From Tubiluchus corallicola (lineage: Eukaryota; Animalia; Priapulida): a stretch of DNA of 64,000 nt. The notes under the pieces were generated by a model, which was given only the letters and a program-made list of their open reading frames with translations, was not told where the DNA came from and ran no database searches. The stretch covers positions 15,907 to 79,906 of the forward strand of contig JAQGDQ010000925.1 in NCBI GenBank assembly GCA_030141605.1. Reading direction: 5' to 3'. Shown piece by piece: positions 13,867-28,284 of the stretch. Made by a program: the position numbers and the translations under genes. Each line of letters opens with the position of its first letter. Position 1 is the stretch's first letter.

Positions 13867-16800
13867 CAAAGATGATTTTTTTCACTTATGTGAAAATTTG
13901 TTATTATTATTCAATTTAAGAATTTGTTCCATTGAATTTATCAAAATGCATCGTTACTTTTAACATCATAAGCAATTGTTGCAAAAAACCAGTTTTCTTC
14001 TTTTATAGTATTCATGGGTTTGTGACCAAAGTGTCAATTTCTCAGATCAAAATAATTTTGTGAGCACGCATAGTAACATATTTCTGCAGCAGTTAAATGT
14101 TGTTGGTTGTGAACACACCTTAACAAACATTTTGCAGGTAAAGCAGTTTAAACGCTATACATGTAATTATATATCTAGAATGTGTAATACTGCTTACAAA
14201 CACCAGTTAGCACCATAGCTACAAATGCTGATGTTAACGTATAAATCCTATATCAATAATTCTATATAACTACAGCAGTGTTTGCATCAAATTCAGTCTG
14301 TTTTTAATATAATGAGTTTTTTAAAACTGCTTGTGGTTCTTGGAAATGTATAGACATTTTTAAGCTTTTCTGCCTGGCATTTGTCCCACACACTGTTTAC
14401 ACTAGACCAAAGTCGCAGTTGAAAGGTTTTTCTGGGGAACACCTCTGAAATATTTTAACTTACCTTACAGATGATTTATGTTTGCACAATAATTAAAAAA
14501 CCGATGTCCGTGTTATTAATGAGGGTTTTCTCAAAGCAATGATTTTCTCTGAGTGAGAACTTTTCAAATTCAAGGTCAGGTTGATGAATCAGTGTTATTG
14601 AAATTTTTAGTCTCACAGTATAATTTAGAAATTCCGGAAAGTATATCTATTTATGCATGTTCTCTTTCTGCCTTTTGCTCCATGTAAATTTTTCACACAT
14701 GACTTTGAAAACATGTAGCCGGTTTCCACCCGTCATAAAATAGTGCTATGCATTGTAATGGGACGCAGGTGCGCATTTTTAAAGCTTGCGCACGGCTTGG
14801 TAGGAAAGTTTTACAGCGTTCCAAAAGACATAACTGAACAGTTTTATTGACCAATAAACTACGTTCTAGTTCGTAAAATTCTTTTTTCTACTGGTGATTC
14901 CTCACTGCAGTGCCATGAAGGTTGATAAAATTTCTATTTGGGAGGGAAGGCGCATATATATAAGCTGTAAAATAAGTGTAAATAGTTTGACACATATAAT
15001 TGTGCGCATCTAAGTTATTTCTGTACGTAAAAGTGTATTTTTGCAATCATGTTATTATTTCTAAACAAAAATTATATCAATAAAAGTCTGATAACTAAGA
15101 AGTTCATTGTTTCAGTTTAACTGTAGTGCATTTCTAACACGTTTTATGTTGTGCAAGTTCCTTGGCTTATTAACATAATTTAGCACATTATTGGAAACTG
15201 AACTTAGTGTGACGCCTAATGGTGGTTTAGCCACAATCAGAATGAACTACATTAGGTTCTCGTTTATCTCTATCAAGAGTATCTTGCTACAGTTTCTAAA
15301 GCTTTTAATGCTGCGTCAAATGACTAATTATTTCGCCCCTCTAGCAAAGACCACGTAGATGTTCCATGTACATAATGGCGCACAAAATGTTGGAACACTT
15401 ATTTTTTAGATTTTAGATTTAGATTTTTAGATTATTATTATTTCCTGCCACTTGGAACTACCCTTTAGCCCTCCATGTGCCTCTAAATAACCACTCCTAT
15501 GTCACTCTTTGTCCAACACTAGCTGCGCCGGATTAAGACTTCAAGAGGCCCTAAGCACTGAAAAGATTATATTTGCCCCATATATGTGTAATTTAGAATA
15601 AAATCAATGCTAAACGATAAAATGAAATACTAAACGACAAACTGAACAAAATGCAGTAATATACATTCACAGTAAATCTAGAGTATCAGCTTTACATTGT
15701 ATATTACATTAAAACTACAAAGACGACTAAATTTTATGGAGGGACAGCCATTCAATATACATGAGAACTGGATGCCAATATGCGAACTGTAGCCTATAGG
15801 CCAACGTTATAAAATTTCACATACCCATAGCCCATTAGACTAGAGTTGCCACCACTAATAATTTGACTCGGTGTTTCCTGAAATTCTGCCATACGTCCGT
15901 AGTTCGGTCTGATTTTTTAAAAATTCCGAAATATCCTGTGATGATTTCGACCATCACACTAAAATTCAAGAGGAAAAAAGGGAAATACATCTTGCGTGCT
16001 ATTGAACAGCTATATAAGGCTCAGCTAAAAACAGCGGAATCTTTGTTAAGTGAAATAGTAAACTTATTAAATTAAGTTTAAACAGTTAATGACTTCCGTT
16101 TAATGCATAATGCAAGTATTCTTCCGGTTTAAGTTTAATTCACTTAACATAAACCGTCTATCTCCAGAAATCTCAAAACCGTAAGAAATGTAGTGGGACT
16201 GGGAAGAATCAAACTCCAAAAATTGATGTGCACTGCTTACACTTTTGTAAATTTTAGGGTTATGGGGCTTTTTAGAGTCCAAAATCAAGAAATTTGTAAG
16301 ACGTAGTGGTTTAAATTTCGTAATTTTTGTTTCCAAAAAAGGCCTTATAAAACGTCTAAATACAGGAAACGCGTAGGCTTCCAGGCCCCCTTCCTCGCTG
16401 GCTCTTAACTCTTGATTTCAGTTTGTGACGCGGTGGTAAGCCTACATCAGACATACAACCGCCATGTTGCTAGCTACCTGCATATTCATACATGCTAATA
16501 AATTACTCACTTCAACATCGTTTCTGACATGTGATTTTACACGTTACTTTTTTCTTCCTCAAATCACGCCTCAGGTCTTTCATACCTCTGTGGGGAGGAT
16601 CAACGAAAAACCACTCTGCAGTATATATTCTCACAGAAAACACCGAAAAACTATACATAGAAACCGCTAGGTATCGTTCAATTATTATTTCCTCTTTTTT
16701 GAAACTTACTATGTTTGAAAAACCTGGACGAAAGACAGGGACGCTATCACTCAGCACCCTGCTCCCAGAGCAGCCCCCATCCTGCCATGAATAGCGTAGT

Positions 16801-17489
16801 TTAATAGGCTTGAAGTTTAACTGCTTAATAAAACGTGTCTTCCATGCCGCCCGCAGAGTGGCGTGAAGATTACACAAAAACAGTTCTTGTTCAAACCGCC
16901 AAGCAGGGGTAAGTGCTGGTCTTCTCAGCGTGGCATCGCTGCAGGCGTAACAACTCTGATTTTAATGGCCTAAGTGATGGTCACTCTCTCGCTTGTAAAG
17001 GAGGTCAAGTAAATAAGTAACCGCTGTAACAGCGAGTTGCTTCCACTCGCACTGGGCAGTTATAGTGTAAAACTGAACAGCTTAAACAATGGAGCGACAA
17101 GTTCAGAACACAGTTCAAGACACCTCAGTGGCAATCCCACACTTGGGGTGTTGGTAGAGGGGACTGGCTCGAAAAGTGCAAAACAAGAAGCTGCATACGT
17201 ATCAGGCTCGCAGATTACGTTTAGCGCAAACAATACAGGATTGCTATGTCAAATTTGAGGTACTACAGAAAATGCAGAAATAGATTTCGCGAGCGAAGTT
17301 AAATAGCATCAAGGCAGGCAGTCAATGGGTGGGTGACCGCTATAGCAGTTTCATTCACTATACTGGTTCTGGCTTTTAAACGGAGGATGCAGTTATTTGT
17401 AATCATGCTTTGGACACCTTTACCGATTGAGCGTCTCATTAAAAGAATAGCATTGATATTGAATGTGAGCTCAGTCTCGCCATAAACAT

Positions 17490-17730
17490 TTACATTGAGT
17501 GGATCCAGCCTTGCCATCACCATCTACATTAAGTTGATTAAGTATTGCCATAACAACCCACATTAAGTGAATCCAGTCTAGCTATAACTATTTACATTAA
17601 GTGGATTAAGTCTCCCCTAAACACCCATATTAAGTGAATCTTTTTCCTATTTTTCCATTTGTGCCTTTTTCCTGCGCCATTTTTCCCTGTGCCATTTCTT
17701 CCTGTGCTGTTTTTACCTGTGCCATCTTTA
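17490..17730. repeat. Degenerate ~33-bp tandem repeats followed by 15-bp tandem repeats
   Basis: Recurrent cattaagtg(g/a)at units, then cctgtgccattttt units. Confidence 0.6.
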
Positions 17731-17963
17731 CGGTGCATCGAAAAGTTTCTATAACGATTAAGAGGAAAATTGTACCTTATGCTGTTCACACGAAATCATA
17801 CTCTTTATTCCAAAATCATCATGCTTGACAACAACAATTCTGCGATAGAGAAAAAGAAAAACGCGACTTTTCAATCCAGCATAATCGCATAATGCCAACA
17901 CCACAATGATAAAATGCACGGAGTGGCAATTAAAAGTAATAGTTGAAAATAAATTTATTTATT

Positions 17964-17981
17964 CATACATACATACATACA

Positions 17982-18017
<36 letters not shown>

Positions 18018-18034
18018 TGTATGTATGTATGTAT
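17964..18034. repeat. (CATA)n/(TATG)n microsatellite
   Basis: Seen directly. Confidence 0.9.
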
Positions 18035-18273
18035 ACATGCACGGAGTACATCACAGTTATAGCAATATGTTTAATACCTGCTAGCGTGATTGTAAAATTC
18101 CTACTAATAGTAACTGTAGGCCTGCAAGAAAACAAGAAAATTATTCGGTTTTTAAAATCATCAGTTAGCTGTTAATCCACGTTTCATTAATGAGTCGATT
18201 TATGACTCGTCCATCCTAACTACAGTATTTACTAATTCAAAATTGGTCCCAAATAGATCCATTCACAGAATAC

Positions 18274-18274
<1 letters not shown>

Positions 18275-18318
<44 letters not shown>
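18275..18318. repeat. (TA)n microsatellite (another at ~1540-1565)
   Basis: Seen directly. Confidence 0.95.
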
Positions 18319-18323
<5 letters not shown>

Positions 18324-21300
18324 CTTTGTTTGTTCATAAAATTAGATTACAATAAAATGAGAATTCTCAGTGTTAAAAATATTTTTGCATATCAAGACAT
18401 TGCTAAAGACAAATACAAATGCGTCAGGTGCAAAACTAAAAATTACTAATGCATAAAACTAAAACTAAAATTAAAGTAATACTTCAATTCACACATTCAC
18501 ATACATAGGTACAATAGTTACGTAATACAATGCATAGGCACAATATAATACGATGCAATACAATACAATACAAAATACAATACAATACAATAGTAAAATA
18601 CGTAATGGTACGTCAGACAAAAATTACATCAAATTACTTTTATATTTACATATAAATGTACATATAAATATAATACATAGCAAAAGTTTCTTATAAAACG
18701 GCCTTTCATCAACGATACTGTAGCAGCTGAAACAGCACCCCTGTTTTGCGAAGTAGATAAAGAAGGCGTATTAATCCGGCAAAAGCCTAATCCATCAGGC
18801 AAATTACTATGTGCGTTACGCAACTAACACGCCGTGGCTTAATATCCTAACTCTTCCCGATCCGTCCAATTACCTTGTTTATACAGGACCAACGCTCCAC
18901 GGGTCAGAAACCCGGGCATTTGTAAAACGATGTAAGCAGCGCTATTCTGGGCCGGTTTAGCCGAAGTTTTGTGTCCAACTAATGTGCGGCATTCGTGCGC
19001 AGCCATCTTGAAAATTAAACATCTTTTGAATGCAAATAGGTCTTTGTTAATTAGTCTTATTGTGCCCAGAACCGGTGTGGATAAATCTGTGCCCAGCTTA
19101 TCCACTGTTCCAGGGTCTTGGTCAGCTTGAAGCACGTATTCAGTCCCACAGTGACTCTGGACCACTTGTTGACCGTTAATGACCACTCGTTCTCAAATGC
19201 ATTGTAAACGTTGTAAAGCAGATACTGTACAAACTTGTAAGGATAATTAAGGAGACTATAAAATAGTATAAAAGTGGTTTAGAAAGGGCAATAACACCTG
19301 GCTAGATTAAACGGTAATACCAGACTCTTGGGTCAAGTTAGTAACTAACTATTTTCCACTTTACTTACTAAAGTTTGTCTGATTACGAGCTTTGGTGCTT
19401 GTAACTACATGTAAGCCTTCACCACATGGAAATGGGAAAGAGTGCCACAGTTATATATTTTCTTGCTCAACTTTCTAAGTGCATATTCCGTATCCTAGCA
19501 TAAGAAAAGAATGGACAATTAAAAATTCTATATTCAAGTATAATTTAATTTAATTTAGTCATTTGCACGTCTCTACTACTATTAGAATGTAGTAACCAAC
19601 ACTACCAAAGTGTAGTATAGCAATGAATACAAATTGAATGTAGGTAAAAACGACACATTTAAGAAAAAATGGCACAAATGTAAAGTATGAAAAAATACAC
19701 TTATGTTATTTTTAATAATTTCTATAATAAAATAGAATACGCTTAGTAAGAAGCAGTAAAAAAAAACAAGCATAATTTCCTTGGCAGAGGTAAAAATAGC
19801 TAAAATAATTATCCCCCACAGTAACTCTAACCCTAAACTCATATTTTATAAGTGTGCCATTTTTCGTATTTTTCCGTCCGTACCCCTGTTTCCTGTGTCA
19901 GTTTTACCGTACACCACACAAGTCAGCAAGTACTTATAATTTTTTACAAGAATGTGACTTGTCAGACTAACCTGATAAGTAAAACTAATGTATGACATTG
20001 CAATCGAGACACTTTTAGCTTTACCAGAACTTTGATAGCAAGTTAACAATGACCAACAACTGCATTTTTAGCAAACCGTTTCGTCAGTACTAGAGAAATA
20101 AATAGTTGCTTATGGAAACTGAAAATGGGTGGTTACTAATTATAACTTCGTAAACGTCAATTCCACAAATTATGAAAAAGATTAGTTTGTGTATTATGGT
20201 ATAAAACTTTATTTTATACTTCGGTACGCCATCTATTGAGGTTTGCAGTAATTGCACAGATAAACTTTATTTGTAGTGAGTTAACATACAGTAATACATG
20301 TATTACTAATCATAGTATTTCCACGATGTGCAACAAATGCATTTTAGTTGAGAACTGATATATACCACAAGAATATATTTACATAGGTGGTTAGTTCAAA
20401 TATACGAGTAATTTATTAAATAATACTTAAAATTTAATTACACAAAGCCCACAGAGTACGGAAGCGATACCAAAAACGATTATCAACGTGCATCATCCTA
20501 TTAGCCATAAAAAGTATGATTGCTCGATAACTGGTGTTTAATTCAAAAGTCCGAAATTAAAAATGATTCTAGTTACAACTCAATATACAATTACACGTGC
20601 AATCAATTAGCAAAACGTTTAGTAAACTTTATGTAGTTCTGCAACAATTTGAAGAGAATGCCACTGGATGAATAGCCTAATCTAAGTTTAGGAAATATGT
20701 CGTTGTAAAATAGCATGTTTAGGATTGACATGTAATTCTTGAGTTATGTGTCGGTGATAATAGAGCTGGTCCAATAATAGTGTGCTGTGTGTGTTTGAAT
20801 ACTCAAAAAAATAATGGCTGGGACTTTCAGTCGAATTGTTGCAGTTTCATGAAACGTCGTCGATAATATTCCTGGAAAACAAATCACCTTTTAATTGTGA
20901 AAAATTGGCAATGAATTTATTTGTTGAAATCTCGCTACTTTGATCATCATTATAATTGGGGCATACTGATTTACTACGAGCTCCTCATGGGTTACACAAT
21001 CTAATTTAAATCAAATCAAATGGAGAAAGGAAAGTCTGTCTGTTTTCAAATGGTAAATCATTCTAGGAAATATGATTTAATACAGGCAAAGATCCATTTT
21101 CTATGTAATTAGGCACTTCCCAGTTAGAAGTGTCAATGGTAGCCATTGAAAAAAAGAGGTTTAAACAAGTTTGCCTTACAGCATTGTCACAATAAACTAC
21201 ATCACTTCTAATAAGGGGTGGTGTATACTTTATTCCTTTCTTACCTAATAACCGTTTAGTAATTTTCCATCATGCTCTACAGGATATACTTGGATCGCTA

Positions 21301-22409
21301 AGTGACGCATAAAGCATATTCTCGTGATTTCCTTTATCAGATCTACAAGCTTGGGTGTAAGAATGTCGTAATCTCTTATCATTAGACCAATCAGCCGAAT
21401 TTTTGGTCCGGAGAGCTTTGTTGTATAACCAATTCACGTTTTTTTGAACAAAACGTTTTTAGTACACAGGGTTTTTATTGGGAAATATTATGGCAATTTC
21501 CCCGTTCGGTATTACACAGCGAATAACTATGTCAGCCTGACGTCATAATTTAACTGCCATTGCATACATGTGAATAATGTGAACTGTTTTAAATAATAGC
21601 TTAAAAAATCAATATGTTGCATGAAAGTATAATTTTATTTCTTTTCCATTACATATTTCTTGCCTTTGTAAAACGAAATTTTAGGGCCTGTATCAGTGCC
21701 CAGGTGTATAGCCTATAGTAATTAGGGATTTCAGGAATTGTTTATTAATTTTTTATCAATAATTTCTTTGTTAATTTCTACAACCCATGACTGAATGGTA
21801 AGGCCCACATACTTAATGTTCCACTAAAAATCCGACCTAACTTTATGCTGCTGACAAAGTGAGAATTAGTCAGGTCTGTTAAACGCCAAATGTTGATGAA
21901 TTTGGGCCAAAATGCGAAATTTTACAAAAATGTCAAAAACGCTGGTAAAATGGTCCAAAGAATCATTCCTGAAAGCAGCTGTATCCAGTCAATCCCCTTT
22001 TCACGGCTAACAGACCGGACTAAAGAGGAATAAGCAGGAGCCACTAGACTAGACGGTGGCGACATCGTGTAGGGATAAACTCAAATTAAGAATATTAAGC
22101 ATTGCAAAATCCGAAACAGAATTCTAAAGAAGACAACGACGTGTACGCGCTATGTTTTGTATGCAGGTTTTTTGTGAGTTGCAAACTTTGTCTATTGGGA
22201 GTGAGCATTCTCTACGAGAAAGCGAATTAGAATCGAATTTGGGACTTTCGATCTTGAATCAAGTCAAATTCAGCACTTTCGAATCTGAATGGAATTTGAA
22301 TTCAGTTTTAAATATTATCGAATTCTGAAAGATACTTCATACTGTTGTGCTCTCATGAGTACACTCATTGAAACCCCATATTTTTCCGGAAAATATTTGT
22401 CGATTAAGG

Positions 22410-23400
22410 ATTTAAACTTTACTGTGGTTGGTGCGGCTAATCACCATGACAGACAGATTATTCATTTCATTCACAGCTCTCACAGAAAATGAATATTTAC
22501 GAATGTCAAGATATAACTGCTCTTTAAACAGTTTTAAACTATGTCCTCTAGTTTTAGAATCAACAACTAAATTAGAGAATTTTTCGGGCAACATGTTTTC
22601 TTTTCTAGTTAATATTTTATAAACTTGAATGAGATCTCAACGGGGTCTTCTTAATTCAAGCGTGGTCAAACTACAATATTTCAATCTTTCCCAATATGTC
22701 ACATTTTTACAACATAATATTATTCTTGTAGCACGCCTTTGTACACCTTCCATAAGCAATATATCTTTCTGATAATGGGGATTACAAAGCTGTACAAAGT
22801 ATTTTAGATGAGCTCTAACCAAACCAATGTATAATTTCAATATAATTTCTTTATTTCCAGAAACGATGTGCCGCTTTATCATCCCGAAAATCTTGTTTCC
22901 TTTCTTAACAGAGGATACACATTGCTGGGAAAATGTCAAGTCTGATGCTATTATCGCACCAAGATCATTTTTACTATTTGTACTTTGAAGAGTTGATCCA
23001 TTCATAACATAATGACTTTTAAGATTCCCAAAACCGCAATGCATTACCTCATGTTTATCAACATTAAATAACATTTGCCAGTCATTACTCCATCTACATA
23101 TTTGTTCAATATCATGCTGTAAAACTAATGAATTCGTTGCAGAGTTAATTGGATTATACAATTTTGTATCATCTGCAAATTTTAAAATGTGAGTGGAAAT
23201 ATCATTATCTATACACACCATGGGCTTTAATATTTTTAAGCAGTCGATGAGGCACTTTATCAAAGTCCTTGGCAAAATCAAAATAAACGATATCAACAAA
23301 ACTTCCTTGATTAAGCATAGAAGTGACATCATCGAAAAAACTCATCAGATTGGTCAAGCAAGAATATTGGAGAGTAGCTAAGGATCGAATCACTTGGCAG
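22410..23400 (-). mobile_element. Degenerate CR1-type LINE fragment (RT and C-terminus)
   Basis: VDIVYFDFAKDFDKVPH, KFADDTKLY, WQMLFNVDK, EGVQRRATR and TRGHSLKL across frameshifts. The QG motif region is deleted. Confidence 0.85.
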
Positions 23401-24660
23401 CAGAAGGTAAGTAGTGTCATACCCCTCGACGAATAAACACATAATAATTATGGTGATTATCGAATCACCAATAAAAAGCAGTCTTGCAAATGTTAAGTAT
23501 ATTACTTGATTTTATTCTGCAATAAAAACACTTACTGGGTTTAAAAATTGTGCTCAGAAATCGCAGCAAAATTGTGCATGATGTTTTTAATGGTTTCAAT
23601 GATAAAGAACGTATATGCATTTTGAAGTGCTGAATTATTCGAATCTATAAGTTTAGTTTTGAATCGTACGCTCACCCTTAATAACAACTGAGTGCATATG
23701 TAATAGTTTCTAGCTAAAGAAGTTACCAATACGCTAGTAAATCTTTAAAAAAATTACAAAGCTCAGGCGATCAATGATCCGTTTTCATAATCCACTTTCA
23801 TATATATAATATTTTTTGACATAAGCTAGCCAATATGACAAATGTCATAGTTAAAAAGCCAATTATTTTGAAAATACTAATAACAGTTAGTTGCTTAATT
23901 TACCTAATTACGCATGTTTTAGTTCTGAATAATTTGCGTGGTAGAGCTTTGATTTCTTTGTTTATCTTTTATCAAAAATATATGAAACGATTTTATGAAA
24001 AATTGCAAAATGCATTAATGTCCAGAAACATTTTATCTGGTACCAACCAGTTTTTTAAATAAAACGATTTAAAACCATCCTATCTACACATGCTTCAATT
24101 TCAAATAAAGGTCTCCATGATCCCCCATCCATAATTTTATAAGTCATTTCTTATCTACTAAAAACAAATGACACCAATCACACCATACAATGTAAGTATA
24201 TGGTTAGGAAAAAAACTTTTGTGACATCTATGCTCTAGATTTCTTTTTATCACATTATAAAATATTTTGCCCGTTAAACTCTGTTAAGCACTTTAACTAG
24301 TAAAGCAATTGCAACAGTTATTTTCGTTCCAAACTCACAAGTGAATCACAAGATTGTCAATGTGCTCGATTAGTGACTTCTGGTGATGAATCCGTCTGCT
24401 TCGTCACCACGAAGTTATTTGTTCCGTCTCTGTTTTTCACTTTGCTTTACTGTGATACAATACTATAAGATGGGAGTGAAGTCCTCCCAAAATTTCGTTG
24501 TGTATTAGAGCAACTGGAAATGGTAAGTTCTTTGAACTTCTTTTAGTAAATTGGCAGTGCTTTATTATTCTAGAGCTTATGTCTTTTCGAAAGATTATTT
24601 GGCCCTAGAGATAAAATTCATGATTTTATTTTCATCAAAAATTTTCACGAAGTACTGTAT

Positions 24661-24696
24661 CGGAACGCCGGAAGTAGCTACTGCGCATGCCCAATA
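24661..24696 (+). promoter_or_regulatory. Housekeeping-type promoter motifs upstream of TACC exon 1
   Basis: Clustered CCGGAAGT (ETS-like), TGCGCATGC (NRF1-like) and CCAAT about 100 nt upstream of the ATG at 24792. Confidence 0.55.
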
Positions 24697-24791
24697 GAGA
24701 ACTGCGACCGTTGAAAATCTCAAATTGAAAAGGATTGAATGAGTTTTGCATCTTTCAAGAGGTTTTGTCATAGCTGTTTTGTAAATTCACG

Positions 24792-24799
24792 ATGGACAG
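24792..24799 (+). CDS. TACC: TACC putative first coding exon (M-D-R)
   Basis: ATG GAC AG|GTATAA gives a phase-2 donor matching the acceptor at 25829 and lies just downstream of promoter motifs. Confidence 0.5.
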
Positions 24800-24928
24800 G
24801 TATAATTTTATGGTCACATATAGTAGCTTCTGTTTAGTATTGTTTTAGTACTTAAGTTTAGCATGGTCATTAAACTAGACATAGCTAATTGCAGTGTTAT
24901 TTAATGTTGACAAATACTGTCGTGGTAT

Positions 24929-25110
24929 CAGGTAATGCATTGCGGCTTTGGGAATCTTAAAACAAATTATGTTATGAATGGATCAACTCTTCAGAGTCTG
25001 CAGAATAGTAAATAAGTAGTAGATAGTAATACTATTAGTAAATAGTAAATCTTGGGGATGATAAAGAGGCATACTGTTTCTGAATATAATAAAGAAATCA
25101 TTTTCAGGAA
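24929..25110 (+). mobile_element. Short CR1 fragment, same family as 22410-23400, opposite orientation
   Basis: ggtaatgcattgcggctttgggaatcttaaaa..ttatgttatgaatggatcaactcttca is the near reverse complement of ~22985-23050. Confidence 0.7.
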
Positions 25111-25159
25111 TTCATGACCTAGTTGTTTGAAAACCAGTGGTCAGTTTTCAAGATATCAG

Positions 25160-25575
25160 GCTGCTAATGATTTAATATGTTGTGTCTCAACCTCTGCTCA
25201 TGTTTCTTCAGTATTAGAACTCACAGGTTTCTCTAGATCAGATGGCGAATGCCTGATAGCATGACTTTGATCCATATTTGACTGGCTTATCTAGTTATGC
25301 TGATTATTCAGCTCAATTATCCGAAAACAGAAAATTTACAAAATACAACAGTCTTTTGCCAAATTTCAATTTTGTACCAGTTCCCATTAAAACTTTTGGC
25401 TCTATTAGCACAGAAGGAAAAAAATTTCTTAGTACTTTAGGCAAACAAATTCAATGTGAGACAGGGTAGACTAGGTCTACAGGTTTTTTATTCCAGTGCT
25501 TATCTGTTGCTTTACAAAGAGGTACCGACAAACTACACGACAATAGCACTACCTATACTAATTAATAATATAATA
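25160..25575 (+). mobile_element. Degenerate 3' end of a CRE-like non-LTR retrotransposon (restriction-like endonuclease)
   Basis: GFSRSDG..PD.MTLIP-like remnant, FVPVPIKTFGS and FLFQCLSVALQRG, followed by a (TAA)n-like tail. Confidence 0.65.
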
Positions 25576-25828
25576 TTCTTTATGTAAAGTCAGCTTTTAG
25601 ATAAACGGTCTGTAGTTTTACACATGGAAAATAGAAATGCAAACAGTGCAAAATCTGTCGAACATTTCTGCCGGATCCAAATTCATTAAAATTACCGGAT
25701 CTGAATTGGACTCGGATCTGGTGCATCCCTAATTTAATATAATTGTTTGTGCACTTTTTATTACATTATTTTGATTTTCTGAATTGACTCTAACTCCCAG
25801 ATGATAATAAATTTCCATTTTTCTTTAG

Positions 25829-26084
25829 GACAAAATCATTAAGTGAAAGTGGACTCCTCGAAATTGAAAACCCCAAACCGGTTTGTGTGACCTTGCAAGA
25901 GCATTCACAACTGCGGACGTCACCATATCCGAAACCTGTGTCTTACTTTGCAAGTGCAGAACTGACATCTAGTGAAAAATCAGAAAAGAAACATAAAAGT
26001 TCCACACGTTCTGTTCTGAAATGTTCGAACAAGGAGAATATTCAGAAAGGAAGTTTTCACTCTCCTTTTACAAAGCTACCAAAG
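25829..26084 (+). CDS. TACC: TACC exon 2 (N-terminal conserved region with KEN motif)
   Basis: Acceptor ttttctttag, donor AAG|GTATGT. RSVLKCSNKENIQ..LPK joined to VTFNTPL of the next exon parallels the vertebrate TACC3 N-terminus (RSSVLRVSQKENVP..KVTFQTPL, recalled from memory). Confidence 0.75.
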
Positions 26085-26680
26085 GTATGTTTGCATTAAG
26101 TTGCAATTCAGGCCAACAACAATAATACTTCTGTTTCTGCCCAACCGTCTAGGTATTAATTTATAAAACACCCGACTGGGAATTTTATAATATTTTTTGT
26201 ATGTTCATATACTTACCTGATGCAGTCACATAAAAACGTATTTTTTAATTTAAAATGTTAAACTCAATAATTATTATAATATCGTTGTTTTGGCGAGGAT
26301 GCACTCTTGGCCAGGAATGTCGTTTTGTGTGATGCTGATTATCGTATTAGAGGCTAAAAAGTATCGCATTTTTGTGCCAAATCAGCGTATTAACCGAGTA
26401 GTGTTGCCGCCTATACCTTAATTATCAGAACAAATTTTTTGTGGCAGGCCTCATCAGGGATTCGAAGACCCGCCGTTAATTTACTGGTGGAATTGAGTAA
26501 AATGTGAGTTGAGTGATATTTATATGCACAGAAATGGTGCTGACAAGACTGGCATAGCAGTGTGCCTAGTATTTGCTGGATTGCCGTGTTTACCTATCTT
26601 GAGACAGATTTAGAACTTTATGTGGGAATTCTGTCTGTTTTATATATATATATATATATGTGTGTGTATGTCTGTATATA

Positions 26681-26815
26681 CAGTTGACAGGAATCTGGTT
26701 GACTTCAAATTTTAACTTATAGTCTTATAGCATATTTCTACTCTTGACAGACCCTATATAATAAGACTATAATTTAAGATAAAAAATTTGAAGTTAACCA
26801 GATTCGTTCCAACTG
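26681..26815. mobile_element. Tc1/mariner-pogo type MITE
   Basis: TA|CAGTTG..gaatctggttgacttcaaatttt / aaaatttgaagttaaccagattc..CAACTG|TA terminal inverted repeats with TA flanks. Confidence 0.7.
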
Positions 26816-28284
26816 TATTATGCAATTAAGTGTAATACAACCAGTGTAGTGTATTTTCTTCTCAAGCAATTTAAATTTTACTTTAGATAAAATTAAACTG
26901 CATGATGAAGTTAATCTAGAGTTTAGAATTGGTAATTAATATTTCTTAGTGTTTACATGAAATTTAGATGAAAGTTACATGAAAACTTTCTCTTTTGCTA
27001 AAACCTGTTAAAAGGCAAAGTTGGTGAATTTCTAGTGCAGCTTGAAATTTTATTCACTTACGTAGACCATCTGTAGTGTGTGCATCATTTCATGAATAAG
27101 CATAGTAACAATTATTTTTGTGTTACTGATTGTGTAACCCTTCCCTGACAAAGTAGTAGTTTTACAAAAAAAATTGTAATATGTGGCACTTTTGAGTGGA
27201 GTGTTAATTTATAGAAAAAATTTTCACATTAGGTCACAAATAGGAGGGTATGACTGAAATCTATAAACTTGCATTAGGGTAACTGGACAAGATCCGAGGA
27301 ACTCGCTAAAATGCGAGACCACAAAAGACTGCAAATCATGATTTGTGGTCATACTCTGAAATCCTTTGAACACAGGAGATCACTATTAAACTGTACAAGT
27401 GCAAAAACTGTAGCTCAGTATGTTTATCATATGTTTTTCCTGTTAATTTATTTACATTGAGAGGAAGTAAAGAACAGTCACAAATTGGTCAGTCACCTGT
27501 CTAAAAAATTAATGCTTTCATCTTTCTTAGTGACACTTTTTTATAGTTTCAGGATCTAACTTGGTAATAAATCCCTGATGCAAACTTATAGACGTGACTA
27601 AATACATTTAAACTGTCACATAAGACAGTTCAAGCATTTAGAAAGACACCTTTGTGAAAGTGACATCATTGATCAAGATTTTCATTATATTTAGATTTTC
27701 ATTATTTTTATATTTATATATACATTTCTATAATGTAGGCTTGTTGCAACTAATTTTTGTGAACTGATCAATTTTTACAGACTTTTGCATAAAAAAGTTA
27801 AAAAACAAAGTGTGACTAAAACATTTACTTATGGCTTTTATTCTGCAAAACAAATCTTATGATATTTGCAAACACGCATATGCATCTGTGATACCTGTGC
27901 TAATTTCATGTTAACACAATAAGTGTTGGTTTGTAACTAAATATCTACCATTAATGCAACACTGTACCAGCATCCACCCTGTACATAACCAATCTCTAAG
28001 ATGATCCAGCTTAAACTATGCAACATAAATCTGGAAAACTGTTGTGAAATGTAAAATCATCTGTTACAGGTAGATAATTTAAAATGTTTCTTTTCTAATG
28101 CATCAATTATTAGTATTAGCCACTGCATTGAAACTGCATAATATCCACTTATGTAACAAGACTCATGTATAACATATGTTCAATAATACTCAAAATTTGA
28201 AAATAAGGAGAAAAATAAAATAGGCAGCAACACATTTGTTCGAAGTTCATAATGCTTACATGCACATCTGCACTTTGAGTATCA

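Noticed and set aside
17490-17730. Periodic short repeats considered as a CRISPR-like array
   Set aside because: Eukaryotic context, degenerate units with no unique spacers, and no cas genes.
16464-19186. Several ORFs of 70-120 aa in the RGM-TACC intergenic region
   Set aside because: No recognisable domain and no consistent splice structure; probably decayed repeats.
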